A DNA stretch of 58,309 nt, filler included, from Sphacelaria rigidula (lineage: Eukaryota): NCBI GenBank assembly GCA_964200075.2. It is 10 parts of 10 records of this genome, joined end to end, with 100 filler letters (N's around TTAATTAATTAA, not from the genome) between each part and the next. Parts side by side here need not be neighbours in the genome. Positions count along the whole stretch, not along the records: positions 46,730 to 52,469 come from CAXNAA020024826.1; positions 52,570 to 58,309 come from CAXNAA020024827.1; 8 more parts are not named here. One strand, given 5' to 3'. This document shows positions 49,961 through 58,309 of the stretch, piece after piece. The notes under the pieces are model-generated. The model saw only the letters and a program-made list of their open reading frames with translations. It made no database searches and was not told the origin of the DNA. The position numbers were made by a program, and so were the translations under genes. How positions within the stretch are numbered: the first letter of the stretch is position 1; every line of letters starts with the position of its first letter.

Positions 49961-52900
49961 CTGTTTGTTTTTTGTGAGTGTTCGTTGATGTTCACCAAGG
50001 GCGGGCACAGTACGGGGTTCATATGATGTTAAAATAAAAATATATGGTTCCGCGATCAAAGAAAGGGAACAACGCCTGGCTCTGTGCAGAGAATCACTGC
50101 AAGTTGTAAGTCAAGTAACCCCTTTGGAACTTCAAGTAGCTGGGCTGACAATTGCGAACTGACGAAAATCAACGCGAGTAAGATTGACACGCTACTAGGT
50201 TTTTCTTTCACCAAGCCACATTCGTCAAAATATTTGGTCTTGTCAGACCTGCACACCCGTGGAAGGTTCGAAAACGGCACACATGATTCATCACTTCGCT
50301 GTATTGTATTACATGCACACAAGCACGAACCGACAGTACAGATAGCGGCTGCACAACACGAAAGGGTCAGTAGTACATCATAGCTGCTCACGAGTGTTTT
50401 CCCAGCGTACATCCACCGATATCAGCACCCATACCGCGTATTTCTTGTTCTTCCCCGTCACCCTTTCAACCCTTTCCGTTCCTCGGAAGGAGTCCGTGAT
50501 CTCAAGGGACCGACCCATCTGTCCCCGGTACACGCTTGCGCTTTGGTCTCGCGGATTCAATCAGCACTCCCGCACCTCGTGAACCGTCGTACAATAAACG
50601 AATTTCTTCTGGATTTGACGGTTTGTCGAACAAGATGCAAGGTTGAACAAAAAACAACTGCGGCCACCGGAAAACGCGAAGGTGTCCTGCAACCGTCTCA
50701 ACGAAAATAGCAAGACATTTCACGGTGTCAACATCCGCCTAGCCCTCTTTGAGGCATAAACGATGCAGGACCAAAAAGTCACTTGACAATAATGTTTTCC
50801 TTTTTTTCCCACAAGGAGCGGCCGCAACAAAAATCATAATATTCCAAGGCTTCACACGTTACACGTTCACGTTTCGAAACTTAACCCTTTTGGAACCCTC
50901 CCCTCCTGTCCCCTGGCCAAGCGCCCTATTATGAGAAGCCCTGACGAAGAGGAAAACATGGAAACAGAATAGGCCGACGGCAGCCAATTTTATAATGAAA
51001 GACTGGAGAAGAATGTCCTCCCTGGAAAATTTGGGTAAGGTTTGTCCAATTATACCACGCAACGGATGAAGTGTGTCCAATTGTATCCATCGCCAATAAT
51101 CAGTAAAAGCACTATGAAACATTCCATTCAAAAAACAGCAATGGGCTCCAGGGTCCAACCAGGCACGTTTGTATATTAGCATTTGTGGATAAGGGCAGCA
51201 CCGCTTTGACTGGCTGCAGCATCGGGTGGCGAGTTTACCAAACCACACCGTACATAACAGCATAGTATGGCTGAACCCAGCGAAATCTCGTCACCAAATG
51301 TGAAAGGCACAGTGGGTTGTGCGGGCGGTACATGGCGAGCGTAATCGCAGGCGTCCGCACAGACGATATACATGCACACCGGTGGGAGCCAGCGACACCG
51401 CCTACCGTAATCAGGCCAGATGAAAAATACTTCAGTCAATACAGTAGGTTACAGTATTGACTTGCGGCCACACTCTGTGCAAGAGGAATATAAGCATGTG
51501 AAAAGTCGGCCACGAGAGTACACAGCACGAGACGATAGCGGTAGCCGGCGTCATAAATCTCATGCAGGATGAAGTATGTCGGTGCAACGGTCGGGAACGC
51601 TCAACCCGCGGCGCGGCATAGATGTCGTGGGGCAACTGTGCCTTTCGCTACGCCGTTGTGTAATAGTCAACCCGCAGCATGATGTTGTCGGGACGTGCTT
51701 GGCAGAGCGCAGTTTTGTGCATGCCTCGCGTTCTACACAGATTTTTTCAAAATACGATATATTTTCAAAATATAATACAGTCATAACACGAAGCAGCAAG
51801 GCATCACCCCTAGGGCGACGGCACGCGGCAGACTCTACACCACAGTGACGGTGCATAACTGCAGGGCACATGGCGTCTGCGTCGCCTTTACGCATTTTTT
51901 CAAACGGCGGGATGGTGCTGTTGGAACGTGCATGAGCGCGATGTTGTGCATGACGTGAGTCTACAGTCGAGGTTACCCCAAACTGCTGTAAACACACCCA
52001 GTACTGTACAGGGCAATATCGCAGCACCCCCGGCGCCACGGAAAGGTGACTGCCTGGGATTGTATTACGCTACCAGTTAACAAATATGGCGGATGTGCCA
52101 TCGGCGTTGCCCTTGTTGCTATGACGCTGCGAAGTGTATAAACTGCAGCGGGAAGGGCGTAGGGGTCAGGCGGGAAGCATGCTTCACAGAGGCTTGCCGC
52201 GCACTATGGCCGGGAAAGGAGCCCATGAGTGTAGAACAAAAACGCCGACGGGTTCTGGACCTCGCCGCAGCAAGAAAAGAGGAAACCTTCTCTTGTTCCA
52301 CTTGTCACTCGCACGGGTCTGAAAAATACCCATTGGGCCAAAATCGTTGCGTCTAAGCTGTGAACCATCAGCCATATCTTGCTCAAAAACCGTCAATTCC
52401 AAACGATCAATTTTCCACAGGCACCGTAGGTAAGGTGGGTACCCGGTACCGGTATTTGGGACATCTCATNNNNNNNNNNNNNNNNNNNNNNNNNNNNNNN
52501 NNNNNNNNNNNNNTTAATTAATTAANNNNNNNNNNNNNNNNNNNNNNNNNNNNNNNNNNNNNNNNNNNNCTCAGAGTGTTCGGCCCGAAGCCTACTTATT
52601 GTCTTGCATTTGGATGACAAGCCTCCAATGAGTTGCTTTATCTCCTGGTATCGCCACTTCCAGAGACAGCCACAGCTTATACACTGCCTCCTTCGTGTCT
52701 CACCATTTTAGACACTACGTAGTACGATCATCCCTTTCGCGCGGAGTTGAGGTTCTCCCACCCCGCACAATGTGATCCAGCTCGACCACCATCATAATTG
52801 CCGCAAAAACAAACGCAAGCGCGCGAAAAAAATGGACAACCCGGTTGTCCCGCTTGCGCAGTGAGTGGCGTGTTCTACAGCGTCATCGCCAACCGATGCC

Positions 52901-55702
52901 AACCCCTTAGTGTTTGTGTAAGTGTGGGTGGGTGGATGGGTGGGTGAGGGGGGGTTAAGGGAGAAATGATCGCGGGAGGGGGGGACAGTTTTGAAACAAA
53001 TATGCGAGGGCTAGCTGAATGAAATTGATATATAGCTCAAGAAATCAAAGCACCAGCATACTTAGCCCGCGACGGAAGCACACTTGAATACACGTGATAT
53101 CGGCTGGGAGGTCGAGTGCAGCACATCTATCTCCTTCGTAGAGTACTACTACGCAAGAACAGCTGTGTGACGTAGCGGAGCAATCTACCCCAGGTTGTGG
53201 AGGCCGTATTGTTGAGCCGAACCGAAACAGTGCCAGCCAGACGTTTTACTCGTGGCGCGAACTCACCACAGGCATCACTCGACACCACACATCTGCACAT
53301 GACACAATTCCAACGTGCATCACGATCGCAGGGTGTAACACATCTCCTACCCTCCCTCCCCATTTCCCCGGAGTATGAACGGGTCCATCGTACCCCACAA
53401 CACTAGATACAACACACCTCTAAGGCTTTGGTACTGATGGCGTGCAATTCGGAGAGGATCTCGAATCCAACGCAGCGATCCCATGTGTGGCATACAGCCG
53501 CCACGAATACTGGAACTCCGGTCCCGGATCCTAAGTCGTAGAACGTTCCGCCTGTTTAAAAAAAAAAAAAAAATGTGGCATTCGTGACATTGCATTCTCG
53601 GTCAGCAGTAGCCAGGGGATGGTATACGTATACCCCTGTCGGTTTCCGTCACTTTGAGGCACAGCGGTAAGCGAGATGTTATCATACCACCAAAAAATGG
53701 ATGGATTTGGTTCGATTTTCCGTTGCTTGGGCGAAGAATACGCAGCATTGCTTCCATTCTGCACATGAAGACTTCCAGTGGAACGGAAAGAAACAAGCGG
53801 GATGAACTTTAGCGGAGGTGACAACAATTCGGATAATCGAGTAGATGCCACCTACATCCGGAAATGGTCCAAAACGGGAAGGGTGACCTTTTTCGTGTCT
53901 GCTTTGGCTGTCATCCTTCTTTCATCCACACGTCCCCTTTCTAACCACCATCGCATTTTTTCCCGTCACTATCGCATCTGTTTGTGACCAGAAATACGCG
54001 GTCCTTGGCTTCATTTGCGCATGCAAGACCTCGCTGATCGCCGCACCCAACAGTGGCGAAATCCTCAGGAGGGACACATTTCACTGGAGACTACCCCCGA
54101 ACTGGTCAACACGGAAGGCCGAGCAAATAATACAGCGGTACGAGACTCACAGTATATGTGGCGATGGCAATAGACACACCGGATTGCAAAGAATACGACC
54201 CCGCTCTCAGAGATAAAATCACATCCCGCAGCTCCGCCGAACCAAACACCACCGGGCGGCACTGCAGCACATGGTAGCGACGATCCGTTGCTTGTCGGAT
54301 CTCAGGTGATGATTTCTACCACACTCTGACAAGACGGTGACGAGGCGGTCGGATCTCATTCAAGAACCGAAAATACAATTGACGAGAAAATATTCCAATG
54401 TTGTTTTTGGATTTTCGTGACACCCGCTGCTTCTGTAACTCCCTCCACACGCCGCACAGATATTTCGTGTCGAGCGTTGCCTTGGGTAGGTAGGAGGACC
54501 AAAGCCGAAATCATCAACCAACAAGACCCCTTTCCAACGGATACGCCTCACCTGCTTCGGGAAGTCCACTGTAGTCGTCACGGATCTTGGCCAGGATATC
54601 AGCGAACTGGCGAAGGCCAGGGTGCACACGGATGAAGGGGCGCTGACGTTCAGTACGCTTTATCATGAGTGCACATATTGTCGACGAAACTATATATCAT
54701 TATTAATATCAATGCCAAAAATGGACAACCGGCAGATTTGTTTCATGAGATCCATCGACAACCTCATCGGTATCGGTATCGAGCGCGGTATGGGTGGTGT
54801 GTTGGAGTCCGTGTGAATAGTGTTAACGCAGTGTCGGCAATGTCTACGCAGCTGCTCGTTATCATATCTGGCAAACGCTGCATGGGGGTGACGCCAAATA
54901 CAGCAGGCGTGCCACTCAGGCAACAGCACATAAGGGGGAGGAGTGCGGGGATTTACTTGGATTAAGGAAGGGGGGAGGGAGAGGGAGCGGCTGGTAGCTC
55001 GAAGCTTTTAGATGTAGCTGGTGCTGGGCTCGACACCCATGTTCGATTTCGAAGCTTCTTTCTCCTCAACCCCACACCTCTGACCTGCGACTAAACATCC
55101 ATGACTTACACACCCATGATGCCTTCTGCTGCTGCTCCCTCAGTCCTTCACAAGTTCGCAGGTATTGGACATGGAAGTTGTGCGTGCTCTGTAGCGAAAT
55201 ATGTTACCGCCCTACCGTAGAAGGTTGGTACTACCTTTTGCACGCAAAACTGGCTGCTGCTTGATTATCTGCTGGACATGCACCCTACACGAGAGAGGGA
55301 GAAGGACGTTGCAGCTGCAGTGTTCCCAACTCAAGACGAGTACTGTATCGGTCGATCTCGACAATTTTACTCCTGCTACACTGGCCTCTTTCTTTTTTTG
55401 CAGTACTTCCCATCTTTTTTAGTAGTAGGTTTTGAGTCGGTTTTCGTCGTGCAATATTTTGCACGTTTACCTGTGAACTTCTCGCACAATTTTTACAATG
55501 ACCTCATGACCCCCCCCCCTCCCCCACACGAGACCGTGATGTCACCCCCGGTTCATTTCACTCCTCTCTTACCTATTCATTATACTACAAAGAGAGATGG
55601 ACCCAAAACACATAGCTCAACCAAAAGAAGGGATAGGGGGAGGAGGGGGGGGCGGGAAGGGGGGCTAGCTGCTCGATGTAAACTCACCCCTCGTTCCGAA
55701 AC

Positions 55703-56088
55703 CTCGCCGTAGGTCAAGGTCGTGCTTTCGTAGCCCTTGGATAGCCGCTCATGGCGCGACGCCTTCAAGCCGCTTTCTTCGGGAAGCGCGGGGTAAAGCT
55801 TGGGGAAAAGGTCGTCCAGGAAAATGGACACACTCTTCTCGGCGAAGCTCTTGCTCGCCGACTCTTGTGAAGAAGGTGCTGCGACGTTGAATTTGTCGTC
55901 AGCATCGACAGCGCTGTTGGTTCCCGACTTAGGATTGCAGTCGTCGCCGCCGCCGCTGACAAGTGTCGTACCGACTAGAGCTTCGTGTGGCGGGACGCGT
56001 GTGCCGTCCACCGTCGTCATGGTCGGAGAAACAGCACTCGCTACCGTTTTGTCTTGTGCTGGTAGTCCTGGTTTGTCGGACCTACTAC
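55703..56088 (-). CDS. Internal exon, possibly of a DOT1-like class I SAM-dependent methyltransferase (ends ...SRHERLSKGYESTTLTYGE)
   Basis: Long open GC-rich frame ending in LTYGE followed by GT. YGE precedes the DLGSG motif in DOT1-type proteins, but that motif was not found. Acceptor position approximate. Confidence 0.45.
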
Positions 56089-56195
56089 CTATAGTGTGCA
56101 CAACTACTGCGAGTGATTTTACGGTGCGGTGCGTTTGGTTCGACGACGACACGCAAGTGACGCAGGGATGGAAAACGTTAGCCTCAGCAGTCGTC

Positions 56196-56241
<46 letters not shown>

Positions 56242-57529
56242 CGCACTTGAGCTGACCCCCCAGGGGTCGAGTCGTGGTCACATGGTAGACCGTAACCAAG
56301 AAAAACAAAACTGAAACACGCGCTGAAAAAAAAAAAACAGAAAAAAGTCGAACAAGACGACACAGTAGACTAAGACGTGAAAACAAAACGTCTGTAGCAC
56401 GGTTTCTCGCTTTGTGAAGAGTGGGGCCTCTTGTGGTGGACAGAAATAGCGGTCTACCGCAGGACTGTGAGGGTTAAATGCCTACATGTACCTCATTCCC
56501 GCCAGCAGGCTCAATTCATGGAACAACCGACCCAGACATGCCGTGGCGCCCCACCACCTGCACCATGAACTCTCCTGCACCTAGACCCCAGATCGAGCAC
56601 CAAGCCTCGGCCCGGTTTCCCGCACACCACGGTACACCGTACTTGTATTTTCACACCTTGTCCTTTACGGATGCGTCTGTGCTGCAGCACAGCAAGAGGG
56701 CAACACGCGTGGACGGATATAATTTGTAGTTGCACGTAAAAGTAGCTGGTGAACATGTGAAATACACCGGGCAATAATAGTACAGCGCAGAACGGTACGT
56801 GCGGTACCAACTACTGTGCTGTACTATACTGGCCTGTGCAGACATGAAAGATAGCTTCGGAAGTCCACTTGTTACGAGTAGCGTGTACTTATATCGAAAT
56901 TTGTTCATGTCTGTCCTATTATAGTTGGAAACCTGTTTATGTCTGTCAGAAAAAGATTACTTTCTCAAGTGTCCTTCGGAGAAAAAACGCCTCCGAAAGT
57001 CTCAGAGCGAACCAGGAACAGACTGTGAAAAACGTTTGCTGAGGGAAAGCGCACGAGCTTCACAACAACCTGCACTATATTATCCCGGATCTGCGGTAAA
57101 CAGAGAACGGACAACGATTCCAGGGTAGCTTTCTCGAGAGACAACGTGTCGAGCGTCCACCTTGTATGTTGGGGTTGTGCTCAAGAGTGACCTCAGTGGG
57201 AGGCGAGACAACGAGCCAAGCTACGACCTAACAAACCGCTTCACGCGAGGTAACACTGCCTGGTGACGGCTTCTTGGATCCTACAGTCATTATTCACTTC
57301 CGCGGGGGAAGCAAAATACAGTAGCTCACACGTCGGACAACTCAACTCACCTCAAACCTTGTGGGACCGGACTCTCACCAACCAGGGGTAAGGACTTTGT
57401 CTGCACCCAGAGGTTTATTTGTGAATCCGCACCATTTTCAGTCGTTTTCAAGAGACATTGATGCCGATTCACTCCGCTCTCAAAGGATCAAGTCAGGCAA
57501 ACCCATTTTGATAATTCAGCGTTATTATT

Positions 57530-57735
57530 TTCCATTGGCTGGGTTATACGGTACAAGTCAACGACGCCATTTTTCTTGATCTGAGGTACACGGTATAACG
57601 CAGCGACACCATTTCCGACTATCTGAGTTTTACGGTACAACTCAGGGGTACCACTTTTCACGGCGTGAGTTGTACGGTACAACTCAGTGGTAGCACTTTC
57701 CGCCACCTGAGTAATCCGGTACAACTCAGGGCGTA
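57530..57735. repeat. 42-bp minisatellite (CGGTACAACTCAG core); related array at about 8025-8190
   Basis: 14-aa periodic ELYRxTQ in ORF 57488-57757; similar ELYGITQ units in ORF 7935-8216. Confidence 0.75.
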
Positions 57736-57930
57736 TCTCCGTATTTCGCTTGCGCACGAACGAAAAAGAGGAGCGGAATTTATTCGATCCAATTCGTTCG
57801 TTTTACGCGGTTTGGGTCCGGGCGAAACTGCAAGCTTTCGATTGAAAAAGATGGATGAATTCCTGAAGCGATACTTGATCGCATATAATTAGTACAGACA
57901 GCACAGTACTGTCCGTACTATCTGCATAGC

Positions 57931-58025
57931 GTGTGTCGTGTGTCGTGTGTCGTGTGTCGTGTGTCGTGTGTCGTGTGTCGTGTGTCGTGTGTCGTGTGTC
58001 GTGTGTCGTGTGTCGTGTGTGTGTC
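57931..58025. repeat. (GTGTGTC)n heptamer microsatellite
   Basis: About 13 tandem units visible directly. Confidence 0.95.
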
Positions 58026-58309
58026 TGTGCCTGTATGTCTGTTTGTGTCTGTGTGTGTGTGCGTGCGCGCGCGTTTCGTACAATAGGACGTGAAAAAAAA
58101 AGCGAGCAACGTGCAGTAGAGACAGCATAGGACTGTCTCTACTCTTTGCATACAGTAGGATGTGGAGAGGATTCAAGCACCGTGCAAATTTGTTGTCCCT
58201 GTACTGTCCAACCTACTTCCACTAAAATCCGTCGCCGACCTTCACCAAAAAACAGGGTTGCCAGAAAAATGAGAACGTATTTTGAAATGAGAATCAACCG
58301 CTCCCCGGG

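Noticed and set aside
12770..56088. A linked DNA plus histone methylation cluster (MTase-like domain and DOT1-like exon), or linkage to RPB1
   Set aside because: They lie on different, artificially concatenated contigs.

Overview
Eukaryotic, repeat-rich DNA. The long introns, (CAG)n and G-run microsatellites and TE families suggest a stramenopile, probably a brown alga (inference). The window is not one locus. It is ten contigs of 5740-5742 bp in decreasing size order, joined by artificial 100-bp N-TTAATTAATTAA-N spacers, so nothing can be inferred across the joins. Contig 1 holds six exons of RNA polymerase II largest subunit (RPB1, minus strand). The other contigs hold decayed Ty3/Gypsy, Copia and LINE remnants, piggyBac-like and other MITEs, a tRNA-headed SINE, 42-bp minisatellites and a few isolated host exons. 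The most notable feature is a Ty3/Gypsy pol remnant (about 11760-14975, minus strand) with the order RT - RNase H - C5 DNA cytosine methyltransferase-like domain - integrase. Removing a 124-bp TSD-flanked insertion puts the MTase-like domain in frame with RNase H. The domain has lost the catalytic Pro-Cys motif.
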